Origin: Dehalococcoidia bacterium
Lineage (GTDB): Bacteria > Chloroflexota > Dehalococcoidia > Lucifugimonadales > QGNO01
DNA: 64,000 nucleotides
Direction: 5' to 3'
Assembly (NCBI GenBank): GCA_965261445.1
Contig: CBDHCW010000010.1
Location: 95,584 to 159,583, forward strand
The notes beneath the pieces are model-generated. The model saw nothing but the letters and a program-made list of their open reading frames with translations, did no database searches and was not told the DNA's origin. Below, in pieces: positions 8,690 to 18,882 of this stretch; position 1 is the first letter of the stretch, and every line of letters begins with the position of its first letter. The translations under genes and the position numbers were made by a program.

Positions 8690-10495
8690 CTACCCGGCGT
8701 TCACCAGGTGCCTGTCCAGAAAATCAGCTATTGCGGTATAGGTCTTTATGCGGTTGTGCTGCTTGACGATGCCGTGCCCTTCATCCTCAAAGCGCAGGTA
8801 CTCCACGGAGCCGTTCCTTTCCTGTATAGCCTCCACCATCTGCTCCGTTTCACTGATGGGGACACGCGGGTCGTTGGCGCCGTGAACAACTATCAACGGC
8901 ACTTTGATCCTGTCCACGTAGTGTATAGGCGAAATGCGGTTGAGCAGGTCGCTGTCCTTCTCAGGGTCGCCGTATTCCGCAGCGCGGTGCATGCGCCTCC
9001 AGGGGCCTGTATTGGCCAGGAAGGTCTGGAAATTGGCTATGCCGTACAGCTCGGCGGCGGCTCCCCATGAATCGGGGTAGGCCGTGATCGCGGCCAGGGT
9101 CATGAAGCCGCCGTAGCTACCGCCCATCACCGCTATGCGACTAGGCTTGGAGTAGCCCGAGTCAACAAGCCAGCTCGCGACGTGGTTCAAGTCGTTCACC
9201 GCATCCATCCGCTTCTCCACGTCATCCAGATGCTCGTAAGTCCTGCCGTAGCCCGTGCTGCCCCTGACATTGGGCACAAGCACGCCGTATCCTCTGTAAG
9301 CCAGGTACTGCACTACGGGGTTGTAGACCGGCCTAGACTGGCTCTCCGGCCCGCCATGGACAAAGACCACCACCGGCAGGTTCCCATCTTTAGCGGCATG
9401 GGACGGCAGGTAGAAGAAAGCCGGTATGTCACGACCATCGAAGGTTGGATAGTGAATTAGGGCCGGCTCGGTGAGCGTTTCGGGAGCTATGCCTGCCCTG
9501 GGACTGTGCGTCAGCCTGCGGGCCCGCGCCGTCTGCCCGTTCACCAACCAGACGTCCGAGTTGACGGTGGCGCCGCCGACTGTAACAGCCAGGTCTACCC
9601 CGTTGGGCGACCACGTCATGTCCAGAATCTGTCCCTTGGGCAGGCCCTTCACCTGCTCCGAACTGCCATCTTCCAAGGAGAGTATGGTGGCTTCCGAGTA
9701 TCCGTCCGTATTGACAGAGAAGGCGATGCGCTCCGTCTTGGGCGCGTAGGCCATGAGCTCCACGTCCCACTCTTCAGAATGGAGGTGGGAGAGCTCTCTT
9801 GAATCCAGGTCAAGCCGGACCAAACTTTTCCACTCCCTGTCCTGGTCCGTCAATAGATAGACTCCTTTGCCATCGGAGGACCATACCGGTGAGGAGTATG
9901 TGCTGTGCCCCTCACCTGTGGTTACGAGACGGGGTCTTCCTCTCGCCGCATCCAGGGGCAAGATGTAAAGCTCGTTATAGTGGTTGAGCACGGTGCGGTT
10001 GATGAGCAGCGAGCTGCCGTCCGGAGATATTGGAGCCGCCAAATTGGTGCCGTCGTGCTGCAGAAGCATCTGGACTTCGCCCTTGGACAGACGATTCACG
10101 TAGATGTCGAAGAAAGCAGGGTGGCGGCGGTTGGAGGCGTAGGCGAACGAGGTACCGTCCGGCGTCCACGCTCCCGGCGTATGAATTGCCTGGGGATTGG
10201 CGGTCAGCGCCTTGACCGATTCTCCGTTGCCGGAGAGCAGATATAGTTGCTGCCGTTCGTCACCCCCCGAGTCCATGCCAAAGACGGTCTGCTCCGAAAC
10301 CGGAGAGTTGAACAGGGTCATCACCCTTTCCGCGTAGACGGTAAGCTGGTCCGGCCAGCCTCCATCGATGTCCACGGCCCAGAGCTGAGGGACGCCGGTG
10401 ATATCCCAGAGAAAAAACACCCGCCGGCCGTCAGCAGAGAAAGCGGGAGCCGAGGCACTGCGTACGGTTAGGAACTTTTCGAATTCGTAGGGCAA
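8690..10495 (-). CDS. S9 family prolyl oligopeptidase / acylaminoacyl peptidase
   Basis: Beta-propeller repeats, VHGGP, GGSYGG, HGANDPRV, DEGHG; TTG start with GAGGAGG RBS. Confidence 0.9.
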   Translation of the reverse strand: MPYEFEKFLTVRSASAPAFSADGRRVFFLWDITGVPQLWAVDIDGGWPDQLTVYAERVMTLFNSPVSEQTVFGMDSGGDERQQLYLLSGNGESVKALTANPQAIHTPGAWTPDGTSFAYASNRRHPAFFDIYVNRLSKGEVQMLLQHDGTNLAAPISPDGSSLLINRTVLNHYNELYILPLDAARGRPRLVTTGEGHSTYSSPVWSSDGKGVYLLTDQDREWKSLVRLDLDSRELSHLHSEEWDVELMAYAPKTERIAFSVNTDGYSEATILSLEDGSSEQVKGLPKGQILDMTWSPNGVDLAVTVGGATVNSDVWLVNGQTARARRLTHSPRAGIAPETLTEPALIHYPTFDGRDIPAFFYLPSHAAKDGNLPVVVFVHGGPESQSRPVYNPVVQYLAYRGYGVLVPNVRGSTGYGRTYEHLDDVEKRMDAVNDLNHVASWLVDSGYSKPSRIAVMGGSYGGFMTLAAITAYPDSWGAAAELYGIANFQTFLANTGPWRRMHRAAEYGDPEKDSDLLNRISPIHYVDRIKVPLIVVHGANDPRVPISETEQMVEAIQERNGSVEYLRFEDEGHGIVKQHNRIKTYTAIADFLDRHLVNAG

Positions 10496-10571
10496 CTGCG
10501 GCCTCCTCAGGAGTCTTGATGGGTAGAGTATATATCTCCTCCGCAAGGGGTGCAGAGCCGTGCAACAGGGG

Positions 10572-10607
10572 AAAAAGAAGAGGGCCCGGACTTCCGGGCC
10601 CTCTCTT
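10572..10607 (-). terminator. Rho-independent terminator
   Basis: GAGGGCCCGGA-AG-TCCGGGCCCTC hairpin followed by TTCTTTTT on the minus strand. Confidence 0.8.
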
Positions 10608-10710
10608 ACCTCAATCTGGAGTGGTCTCCAGACGGGTTAATGAACAGTTGCATAAGGTACTACTCATCGGCATCACCTCCTTGTGTTTCAAACCACACCA
10701 CCAAGACTGC
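10572..10710 (-). ncRNA. Candidate ~140-nt small RNA or mini-mRNA (18-aa ORF 10611..10667)
   Basis: TAGACA-17-TATACT promoter (10744..10716), AAGGAGGT RBS, internal stems, own terminator. Confidence 0.5.
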
Positions 10711-10813
10711 CCCTCAGTATAGGGAGAGATGTTGGCCATGTCTAGGGGGTTCGCTACATTCTTCTAGGAATTTCTATTGCGCCTTGCAGAGAGAGTTGCT
10801 ATCCTATAACCCT

Positions 10814-10937
10814 GCTCTCTGGTGGTTAGAGCGGGGTGGAACCACCCGTTCCCATCCCGAACACGGAAGTGAAACGCCCCAGCGCTGACGATACTCTGCT
10901 TGCAAGGGCACGGGAAAATAAGCCATCGCCAGAGGGC
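10814..10937 (+). rRNA. rrf: 5S ribosomal RNA (orphan)
   Basis: CCCGTTCCCATCCCGAACACGGAAGTGAAACG core; terminal helix GCTCTCTGG/CCAGAGGGC. Confidence 0.95.
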
Positions 10938-11152
10938 TTATTTTTTGCGTTCCATCTTAGACGGGCTCACCGGCAACGGTTCCACGCGCCTTCCGCTTTC
11001 ATAGAAAGCTTACACCTGGTACATTTGGTGCGTCATGCTGGGACATATAGCTTATACAAAGTTACAAAGCTAATTCCCTTTACAGCTAGGAAAGCGTCTG
11101 GCTATAATGTATAGCTAGGCGAACATCCCTCTAAAACATGGTGTGATCTAAA

Positions 11153-12301
11153 TTGTCCTTCTCTGTTGAACAAGCTTCCCAACCCACCCAACCGGATATG
11201 GGGCAACTACTAGAAGAATCTTCCTGGTTCAAAGAGTTGCGCCGCGGCGACGTGGTCACGGGCGAGGTTATGCATGTTAGCCAGGAAGGCCTCCTGGTTA
11301 ACATAGGGCATAAGTCAGAGGGATTCATCCCCGTCCGGGAGATGAAGACACTATCGGAGGAGGAAGCTGACGGCTTCAAGATTGGCGATGAGGTCTATGC
11401 CTACGTCCTGCGCCCCGACAGCGAGGAAGGCCCGGCAATCCTGTCCATGGACAGGGCCAGGGGCGAGAGGGGATGGAAAGTGCTGCAGGACCATCTGGAC
11501 GCCGGCTCCACTATGAAAGGAACAATAAGGGGATTCAACAAGGGGGGCGCTGTTGTGGACGTGGAAGGCGTACAGGGTTTCGTCCCCCTATCGCAGCTTG
11601 CCCCGCTTGGCAGAGGAACAGACGTAGATCAGGAAGAGGCGCTGGCAAAACGTGTCGGCGAGACAATATCCCTGCATCTATTGGAGTTGAACCGCCGGCG
11701 CAACCGAGTTGTGCTATCTGAGAAGCAAGCTTTGCAGCAGCAGCGCGACCAGGAGAAAGACCGGCTGCTCCAAGAGTTGAAGGAAGGCGAGGTACGGACG
11801 GGCGTAGTATCCGGGGTATCCGATTTCGGAGCTTTCGTGGATCTCGGGGGCGCAGATGGCCTGGTGCATATATCGGAGATGTCCTGGGAGCAAGTCCAAT
11901 CGCCTTCAGACATCGTAACAGTAGGTAGTAAGATAGAGGTCTACGTACTCAAGGTAGACCAGGAAACGAGGAAGATAGCCCTGAGCCTGCGCAGGCTGGT
12001 GCCTGAACCGTGGCAGACCGTGACACAAAACTATGAGACTGGTCAGCTTGTGCAGGGAGTGGTCACAAGTTTGACGAACTTTGGCGCATTTGCTCGAATA
12101 GAAGGTACTATAGAGGGGTTGATCCATATTTCGGAGCTATCTGATCGAATGATAAGGCACCCAAGGGAGGTAATCAACGAGGGTGACGAGGTTACCCTAA
12201 AGATAATCAAGATGGAGCCTGAACGGCGCAGACTGGGGCTCAGCTTGAAGCAGGTGGAAGATGAGTGGGACGGAGTAGAGACCTGGTCTTCTGGTGAATA
12301 G
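11153..12301 (+). CDS. rpsA: 30S ribosomal protein S1 (four S1 domains)
   Basis: Repeated S1 motifs: GFVPLSQL, FGAFVDLGGADGLVHISEMSW, FGAFARIEGTIEGLIHISEL. Confidence 0.9.
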   Translation: MSFSVEQASQPTQPDMGQLLEESSWFKELRRGDVVTGEVMHVSQEGLLVNIGHKSEGFIPVREMKTLSEEEADGFKIGDEVYAYVLRPDSEEGPAILSMDRARGERGWKVLQDHLDAGSTMKGTIRGFNKGGAVVDVEGVQGFVPLSQLAPLGRGTDVDQEEALAKRVGETISLHLLELNRRRNRVVLSEKQALQQQRDQEKDRLLQELKEGEVRTGVVSGVSDFGAFVDLGGADGLVHISEMSWEQVQSPSDIVTVGSKIEVYVLKVDQETRKIALSLRRLVPEPWQTVTQNYETGQLVQGVVTSLTNFGAFARIEGTIEGLIHISELSDRMIRHPREVINEGDEVTLKIIKMEPERRRLGLSLKQVEDEWDGVETWSSGE

Positions 12302-12340
12302 CGCTATACGTACTCACATCCCTGCTTATGGAGCTATCTA

Positions 12341-14881
12341 ATGGCAAGTAGATTCGAAAAATTCTCAGAACGAGCCCGGCGAGTCCTTTCACTGGCCCAG
12401 GAAGAGGCCCAGCGATTCAATCATAACTACATCGGCACCGAGCACATTCTGCTCGGGCTGGTCAGGGAGACCGAAGGAGTAGCGGCCCGGGTGCTTTCCA
12501 ACCTTTCCGTTGAGCTTAGCAAGGTGCGTTCTGCCGTGGAGTTCATCATTGGGCGCGGCGAGCGTTCCGCCAGCGGAGAGATAGGTCTTACCCCCAGAGC
12601 CAAGAAGGTAATAGAGCTTGCAGTGGATGAGGCCCGCCGGCTTAATCATCACTACATAGGCACGGAACACCTACTCATAGGTCTGATGCGTGAGGGAGAA
12701 GGTGTGGCTGCCGGGGTTTTGGAGAGCCTGGGGATCAGTCTGGACAAAGTTCGCGCCGAGACCAGCCGGATACTGAGCCAGAGTGTAACGCAGGGCACAC
12801 AATCGGGCGGCCGCACAAGCAGCCGCACGCCCACGCTGGACCAGCTTGGCATAGACCTGACCAACTTGGCACGGCAAGAGAAGCTGGACCCCGTGGTGGG
12901 TCGGAGCAAAGAGATACAGCGCGTGGTGCAGATTCTGAGCCGCCGCACAAAAAACAACCCCGTCCTGATTGGCGAACCCGGCGTGGGCAAGACGGCCATA
13001 GTGGAAGCCCTAGCACAGCAGATCGTCAAAGGAGATATCCCGGAAAGCCTGCAGAGACGCCGTGTGGTTACCCTGGACATGGGTGTGCTCGTGGCCGGCA
13101 CCAAGTACCGCGGAGAGTTCGAGGAGCGGCTCAAGAAGATCATAGAAGAGATAAAAAGCTCCGGAAACTGCATCCTTTTTGTAGATGAAATGCACACAAT
13201 GGTGGGCGCCGGCGCCGCTGAAGGAGCCGTCGATGCGGCCAACATACTGAAGCCGTCGCTGGCCAGGGGAGAACTGCAGTGCATCGGCGCTACCACGCGG
13301 GACGATTATCGTAAATACGTGGAGCGCGACCCCGCGCTGGAGAGGCGCTTCCAGCCGGTGAACGTGGAGGAACCCTCTGAAGAAGAGACGATTGAGATTC
13401 TCAAAGGCGTTAAGGAGCGGTACGAGCAGTACCACCACCTCAGCATAACCGACGAAGCCCTGGAAGCCGCCGCTCACCTCTCGGCGCGGTATATTTCAGA
13501 CCGCTTCCTGCCCGACAAGGCAATTGACCTTATCGACGAGGCATCGAGCCGGGTCAGGATCAGAAAGACCACCATGCCGCTTTCCGTCAAGGAGGTTAGC
13601 AAGGTCCTGGACAACGTCCGCAAGGACAAGGACGAGGCTCTGGCCAGCCAGCAGTACGAATACGCCGCGGAGTTGCACCAGCGAGAGCAGACCCTTCGCA
13701 CCAAGTTGGAGGATCTGGAAAAGGGCTGGCAGGAAGAGACGCAGCAAGAAGACAGCCAGCCCGTAGTCTCCAAAGAAGAGATAGCGGAAGTTGCCAGCAT
13801 GTGGACGGGCATACCTGTCACCAGTCTGGCAACGGAAGAGAGCCAGCGCCTGCTTCAGATGGAAGAGGTGCTGCACAAGAAGGTGGTGGGACAGGACGAG
13901 GCCATCGTCTCGGTGGCAAAGGCGGTGCGCAGGGCGCGCGCCGGTATGAAAGACCCACGCCGGCCCATAGGAGCCTTCCTTTTCCTGGGCCCCACCGGTG
14001 TCGGTAAGACCTACCTGGTAAGAGCGCTGGCCGACTTCATGTTTGGCGGCGAAGACACCATGCTCAGGCTGGACATGTCGGAGTTCATGGAGCGCCATAG
14101 CGTGGCGCGCCTGGTGGGCGCTCCTCCAGGATACGTGGGTTACGACGAAGGGGGCCAGTTGACCGAGGCCGTACGCCGAAAGTCTTACTCCGCCATCCTT
14201 CTAGACGAAATAGAAAAGGCGCACCCCGATGTGTTCAACATCCTACTTCAACTGTTCGATGACGGCCATCTGACCGATGCCAAGGGCCGGAAGGTGGACT
14301 TCCGCAACACCATAGTTGTCATGACCAGTAACATAGGCTCCGACCTAATCAGGCGTGGCAGCCAGATGGGATTCTCCACCAAAGGCGCGGACGAGGAGCA
14401 GACCTCCAAGGAGGCCTACAACCGCATGAGGGACAAGGTCATGGATGAAGTTAAGAAGTTCTTCAGGCCTGAGTTCCTCAACCGGATCGACGCCACGGTT
14501 GTATTCCACGCCTTGGACAAGGGACACATCATCCAGATAGTGGACCTGATGCTCCGCGACGTCGGCGTGCAGCTTCTGGAGAAGGGCATCTTCATGGAGG
14601 TCAGCCACGAGACCAAGGAGCTTCTTGCCCAGATGGGCTTTGACCCCAACTTTGGGGCACGCCCTCTGCGCCGTCAAATCCAGGACAAGATAGAGGATAG
14701 GCTCTCCGAGGAGTACCTGGCCAGCAAATTCGGTCCCGGGGATACCGTTCACATAGAAGTGCAGGACGACGAAATAGTCCTGCGGGTGAATGCTCCCGTG
14801 GCGCCCTCGGTGGAATTGGCCGCAGGTACACGGCAACTCCCCCCGTCACCTGAGCGCAGCGACGAAGACAGCCTAATCTAA
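12341..14881 (+). CDS. clpC: ATP-dependent Clp protease ATPase subunit ClpC
   Basis: Clp-N repeats, [11 protein letters not shown] middle domain, [11 protein letters not shown] loop. Confidence 0.95.
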   Translation: MASRFEKFSERARRVLSLAQEEAQRFNHNYIGTEHILLGLVRETEGVAARVLSNLSVELSKVRSAVEFIIGRGERSASGEIGLTPRAKKVIELAVDEARRLNHHYIGTEHLLIGLMREGEGVAAGVLESLGISLDKVRAETSRILSQSVTQGTQSGGRTSSRTPTLDQLGIDLTNLARQEKLDPVVGRSKEIQRVVQILSRRTKNNPVLIGEPGVGKTAIVEALAQQIVKGDIPESLQRRRVVTLDMGVLVAGTKYRGEFEERLKKIIEEIKSSGNCILFVDEMHTMVGAGAAEGAVDAANILKPSLARGELQCIGATTRDDYRKYVERDPALERRFQPVNVEEPSEEETIEILKGVKERYEQYHHLSITDEALEAAAHLSARYISDRFLPDKAIDLIDEASSRVRIRKTTMPLSVKEVSKVLDNVRKDKDEALASQQYEYAAELHQREQTLRTKLEDLEKGWQEETQQEDSQPVVSKEEIAEVASMWTGIPVTSLATEESQRLLQMEEVLHKKVVGQDEAIVSVAKAVRRARAGMKDPRRPIGAFLFLGPTGVGKTYLVRALADFMFGGEDTMLRLDMSEFMERHSVARLVGAPPGYVGYDEGGQLTEAVRRKSYSAILLDEIEKAHPDVFNILLQLFDDGHLTDAKGRKVDFRNTIVVMTSNIGSDLIRRGSQMGFSTKGADEEQTSKEAYNRMRDKVMDEVKKFFRPEFLNRIDATVVFHALDKGHIIQIVDLMLRDVGVQLLEKGIFMEVSHETKELLAQMGFDPNFGARPLRRQIQDKIEDRLSEEYLASKFGPGDTVHIEVQDDEIVLRVNAPVAPSVELAAGTRQLPPSPERSDEDSLI

Positions 14882-14959
14882 AGCCGTTACAGCCTGCCTT
14901 TCACATATTACGAGAAAGGCCGCACCCTGCTACAATGCGCCCACTGATAAAGGGGGCGA

Positions 14960-16387
14960 CTGCTGAACAGGAACAAGCCAAGAAGAGTCTTCGTGTGCGA
15001 GGAGTGCGGCGCTCAATCCGCCAAATGGGAAGGCCGCTGCTCACAGTGCGGCCAATGGAACACCTTGACCGAGACCTTGCTGCAACAAACCAAGCGCGCT
15101 TCCTGGGCCGCCGACGGCCCATCCCGTGTTGAAGAGCTATCCAGTATTCCGTTCGACCTAGAGCAGCGGCTGCAAATGTCGTCCCAAGAGTTCAACCGCG
15201 TGCTGGGAGGCGGGCTTGTGCCTGGGGCAATGGTGCTCATGTCCGGTGAGCCGGGCGTAGGCAAGTCAACGCTTCTGTTGCAGACTTCCGCAGCCCTGGC
15301 AGGGGAAGGCCATAGGGTCTTGTACGTTTCCGGAGAAGAGTCTTCCAATCAGGTGCGCATGCGTGCCCAGCGGCTCAACCTGCCCGGGAAGGGTGTCTAT
15401 TTCCTGTCGGAGACCCAGTTGGAAAAGGTCATTTTAGAAATGAACGCACAGAAGCCGTGGCTGGTGGTGGTGGATTCTATCCAGACAATGACCACGGGAG
15501 AAATGCTGTCCGCGGCGGGAAGCGTGGCCCAGGTACGGGAATGCGCCCGGCTGATGACGCAGTGGGCCAAGGAACACGCCGTACCCGTGCTGCTTGCCGG
15601 CCACGTCACCAAGGACGGCACCGTGGCTGGACCCCGCACCCTGGAGCACATGGTGGATGTGGTGCTCAACCTTGAAGGCGATACCATGGGGGTATACCGT
15701 ATTCTGAGGGCTGCCAAGAACAGGTTTGGCCCCACTAATGAAATAGGCGTTTTCCAAATGGGACAACTCGGCTTGGAAGAGGTTGCGGAGCCTTCTCTGC
15801 TTTTCCTCTCCAGCAGGCGCCAGGACGTCCCCGGTTCCACGGTAACGGTGACCATGGAGGGAAGCAGACCCCTGCTGGTAGAGGTGCAAGCGCTGACCAA
15901 CCTCACCGTATTCCCACAGCCAAGGCGTACAACCAGCGGCGTGGATTTCCAAAGGCTACTCCTCATAGCGGCGGCCACGAGCAAGCGGTTGGGCATCCCG
16001 TTTGGCAACCAGGACATCATAGTTAACATACCAGGTGGACTGAGGGTGAAGGAGCCAGCCATTGATCTGAGCGTGGCTCTGGCGCTGATATCCAGCTTCC
16101 GGAACGTTCCATGCGACCCCTGGACAGTGGCCATCGGCGAGATAGGCCTGGGTGGTGAGTTGAGGGGTGTGCCTCATCTGGCAAGACGGCTAGCCGAGGC
16201 GGAGCGGTTGGGCTTTCGCCGCGCCATTGTGCCCTGGGTACAGTCCGGCGAGGCAAAGGACGGCGGCCTTGAATTGATTGCCGCGGCCACCCTTGGTCAA
16301 GCGGTGCGCCAGATGTTGCCCAAAGCGCGCAAAGATGCAGACGAGATGCGGGAACCAGATACGGCTAAAGACCTCGTAATGGAATAG
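14960..16387 (+). CDS. radA: DNA repair protein RadA/Sms (start may be CTG 14960/14963 or GTG 14993)
   Basis: C4 zinc finger CEECG...CSQC, GEPGVGKSTLLLQ, KNRFG, Lon-like C-terminus. Confidence 0.95.
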   Translation: MLNRNKPRRVFVCEECGAQSAKWEGRCSQCGQWNTLTETLLQQTKRASWAADGPSRVEELSSIPFDLEQRLQMSSQEFNRVLGGGLVPGAMVLMSGEPGVGKSTLLLQTSAALAGEGHRVLYVSGEESSNQVRMRAQRLNLPGKGVYFLSETQLEKVILEMNAQKPWLVVVDSIQTMTTGEMLSAAGSVAQVRECARLMTQWAKEHAVPVLLAGHVTKDGTVAGPRTLEHMVDVVLNLEGDTMGVYRILRAAKNRFGPTNEIGVFQMGQLGLEEVAEPSLLFLSSRRQDVPGSTVTVTMEGSRPLLVEVQALTNLTVFPQPRRTTSGVDFQRLLLIAAATSKRLGIPFGNQDIIVNIPGGLRVKEPAIDLSVALALISSFRNVPCDPWTVAIGEIGLGGELRGVPHLARRLAEAERLGFRRAIVPWVQSGEAKDGGLELIAAATLGQAVRQMLPKARKDADEMREPDTAKDLVME

Positions 16388-16450
16388 GACGTTGCCTTGT
16401 TCCAATAGACGGTGTTAGACGAACGTGCGATTACAGCATATCGATGAGGT

Positions 16451-16768
16451 GTGGCAATGAATGTATCTCTACTCTACTTAGACGGTTGTCCCAACTGGGA
16501 ACAGACGCTGGCGGATGTGAGAGACGTACTTGTCGAGTATCACGTGGACACAGACGTGAAGCTGATAAGAATCTCTTCACAGGAGCAGGCGGAAGAGATG
16601 GAGTTTCTGGGCTCGCCGACAGTGCGGGTGGAAGGCATGGACGTAGAGCCGGACATCCTGGAATCCGGTTTCAACTTGGAATGCCGGGTCTACTGGATAG
16701 ACGAGGACCCGGTTGGCAGGCCGCCTAAAGAGTGGATAGCAGCGGCAGTAGAGGTGGCCTTGGAATAG
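16451..16768 (+). CDS. Small thioredoxin-like protein (DUF2703 / MerB-associated type)
   Basis: LYLDGCPNW, FLGSPTVRVEGMD, CRVY. Confidence 0.6.
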   Translation: MAMNVSLLYLDGCPNWEQTLADVRDVLVEYHVDTDVKLIRISSQEQAEEMEFLGSPTVRVEGMDVEPDILESGFNLECRVYWIDEDPVGRPPKEWIAAAVEVALE

Positions 16769-16793
16769 GGGCGCCTGGCCCTGCCCGTTTTTC

Positions 16794-16822
16794 TTGACGG
16801 CGCTTGGCCATGAAGATATACT
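16794..16822 (+). promoter_or_regulatory. Sigma70-type promoter of the tRNA-tuf operon
   Basis: TTGACG-17-TATACT. Confidence 0.7.
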
Positions 16823-16921
16823 CTATGACTGAGAGTGCTCGGATTTGCAATGTTTACCTGTCAGCGACTCAAGTCACGGATGGCTTGAGTCGCTGTTGGG
16901 TGAGGAGGCAGGAAGCTACGT

Positions 16922-16994
16922 GCCCGAGTGGCGCAATGGTAGCGCAACCGATTTGTAATCGGTAGGTTGGTGGGTTCGAATCCCCTCTCGGGCT
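16922..16994 (+). tRNA. tRNA-Thr(TGT)
   Basis: Cloverleaf; anticodon arm ACCGA-TTTGTAA-TCGGT; GGTTCGAATCC. Confidence 0.95.
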
Positions 16995-17052
16995 ATAACC
17001 TGCCATTTCTTTTGCGCCCGTTATTGGTGGCATGTTACACTGAGGCGCTTTA

Positions 17053-17140
17053 GGAGGGGTGGGTGAGTGGTTAATACCACCAGACTGTAAATCTGGCGCC
17101 CGGAAGGGCTTCGCAGGTTCGAATCCTGCCCCCTCCACCA
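17053..17140 (+). tRNA. tRNA-Tyr(GTA)
   Basis: CCAGA-CTGTAAA-TCTGG arm, long variable arm, encoded CCA. Confidence 0.95.
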
Positions 17141-17170
17141 TGAAGTAGTAGAGAGTTATAATGGGCAAGA

Positions 17171-17246
17171 GCCCACATAGCTCAGTAGGCAGAGCACGTT
17201 CTTGGTAAGAACGAGGTCATCGGTTCGAATCCGATTGTGGGCTCCA
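17171..17246 (+). tRNA. tRNA-Thr(GGT)
   Basis: GTTC-TTGGTAA-GAAC anticodon arm, encoded CCA. Confidence 0.95.
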
Positions 17247-17261
17247 CCAGGAGGAAAGTAA

Positions 17262-18449
17262 ATGGCAAAGCAGAAGTTTCAGCGCACAAAGCCGCACGTA
17301 AACGTGGGAACAATAGGTCACGTAGACCACGGTAAGACCACGTTGACATCAGCCATCACACAGGTGCTGGCTAAACACAACACAGGTACGGCGTTCCGTG
17401 CCTTTGATTCCATAGACAACGCACCTGAAGAGAAGGCGCGCGGCGTGACCATAGCCATAGCTCACATTGAGTACGAAACTGCGACCCGTCACTACGCCCA
17501 CGTAGACTGTCCAGGCCACGCCGACTACATCAAAAACATGATCACAGGCGCAGCTCAAATGGACGGCGCAATCCTGGTAGTGAGCGCGCCGGACGGCCCA
17601 ATGCCGCAGACCAGAGAACATATCCTACTCGCCCGGCAGGTGGAGGTCCCGCGAATCGCCGTCGCCTTGAACAAGGTCGACATGATGGACGACGAGGAGC
17701 TCCTAGAGCTGGTTGAGTTGGAGGTCAGAGAACTGCTCTCCCGCTATGATTTCCCCGGGGACGATATACCGATAGTGCGCGTTTCAGCTTTGAAAGCTCT
17801 GGAAGGAGACGATGAAGCGGAACAGGGTATCATAGAGTTGATGCAGGCGGTCGACGACTATATTCCGGTGCCGGAACGACCGCGCGACCAGCCCTTCCTG
17901 ATGCCCGTGGAAGACGTGTTCGGTATCAAGGGTAGAGGCACCGTGGTCACCGGGCGCGTGGAACGCGGTGTGGTGAAACCCGGCGATGACATAGAGATAG
18001 TGGGGCTTGTAGAGACCCGCAAGACTGTGGTCACCGGCGTGGAGATGTTCCACAAGCTGCTGGATGAAGGTGAGCCCGGAGACGCCGTGGGGTGTCTGCT
18101 GCGCGGTGTAGATAGGGAAGACGTGGTGCGAGGCCAAGTACTGGCGAAACCAGGCAGCGTAACGCCGCACACAAGGGCCCTGGGCCAGGTTTACGTGCTG
18201 ACCAAGGAAGAAGGTGGGCGTCATACCCCGTTCTTCAATGGCTACAAACCTCAGTTCTACATAAGAACCACAGACGTTACGGGTGAGATAGAGTTACCCA
18301 GCGGCGTTGAGATGGTAATGCCGGGCGACAACATTGAAATGACCATCAAGCTGATCTCGCCAATAGTGCTGGAGAACGGACTGCGGTTCGCTATACGTGA
18401 AGGCGGCAGGACCGTGGGATCAGGAGTGGTCACCAACATAGTAGAGTAA
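17262..18449 (+). CDS. tuf: Elongation factor Tu
   Basis: [23 protein letters not shown]. Confidence 0.99.
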   Translation: MAKQKFQRTKPHVNVGTIGHVDHGKTTLTSAITQVLAKHNTGTAFRAFDSIDNAPEEKARGVTIAIAHIEYETATRHYAHVDCPGHADYIKNMITGAAQMDGAILVVSAPDGPMPQTREHILLARQVEVPRIAVALNKVDMMDDEELLELVELEVRELLSRYDFPGDDIPIVRVSALKALEGDDEAEQGIIELMQAVDDYIPVPERPRDQPFLMPVEDVFGIKGRGTVVTGRVERGVVKPGDDIEIVGLVETRKTVVTGVEMFHKLLDEGEPGDAVGCLLRGVDREDVVRGQVLAKPGSVTPHTRALGQVYVLTKEEGGRHTPFFNGYKPQFYIRTTDVTGEIELPSGVEMVMPGDNIEMTIKLISPIVLENGLRFAIREGGRTVGSGVVTNIVE

Positions 18450-18453
18450 GGAC

Positions 18454-18624
18454 ATGGCAAAGAAGAGAAGTGAAGCTAGGATAATCATCACGCTGGCCTG
18501 CTCCGATTGTCGTGAGCGGTCGTACACCACGGAAAAGAACCGTCGCAACGACCCTAACAGGATGGAACTGAACAAGTTTTGCCCGCGCTGTAGAGGCGCG
18601 CGCGCCCATAGGGAAGTGAGATAA
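18454..18624 (+). CDS. rpmG: 50S ribosomal protein L33 (zinc-binding type); not in ORF track
   Basis: [56 protein letters not shown]. Confidence 0.95.
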   Translation: MAKKRSEARIIITLACSDCRERSYTTEKNRRNDPNRMELNKFCPRCRGARAHREVR

Positions 18625-18625
18625 C

Positions 18626-18865
18626 ATGGCAAGACCCGGCGGTGGAGGCATCCTGAGGCGGCAGCCTTCCGCAGAGGCGTCGAGAGGCGGACTTTTCCGC
18701 TTCTTTGGCGAGGTCATAAGCGAGCTCAAGAAGGTCACTTGGCCCACTCCGCAGGAGACGGTCCGGCTTACCTTGCTGGTGATTGCCGTATCCATAGTAA
18801 TAGGGGCGGCTTTGGGTCTGATAGACATTCTATTCACTGAACTGCTGGATATAGTCCTGTCTTAG
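18626..18865 (+). CDS. secE: Preprotein translocase subunit SecE
   Basis: ELKKVTWPT motif plus TM helix; synteny. Confidence 0.95.
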   Translation: MARPGGGGILRRQPSAEASRGGLFRFFGEVISELKKVTWPTPQETVRLTLLVIAVSIVIGAALGLIDILFTELLDIVLS

Positions 18866-18882
18866 CCCAGAGAAGAATCAGC

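Noticed and set aside
16814..16841. CIRCE-like ACTC-N9-GAGTGCT
   Set aside because: Left arm matches poorly and overlaps the -10 box; downstream genes are not chaperones
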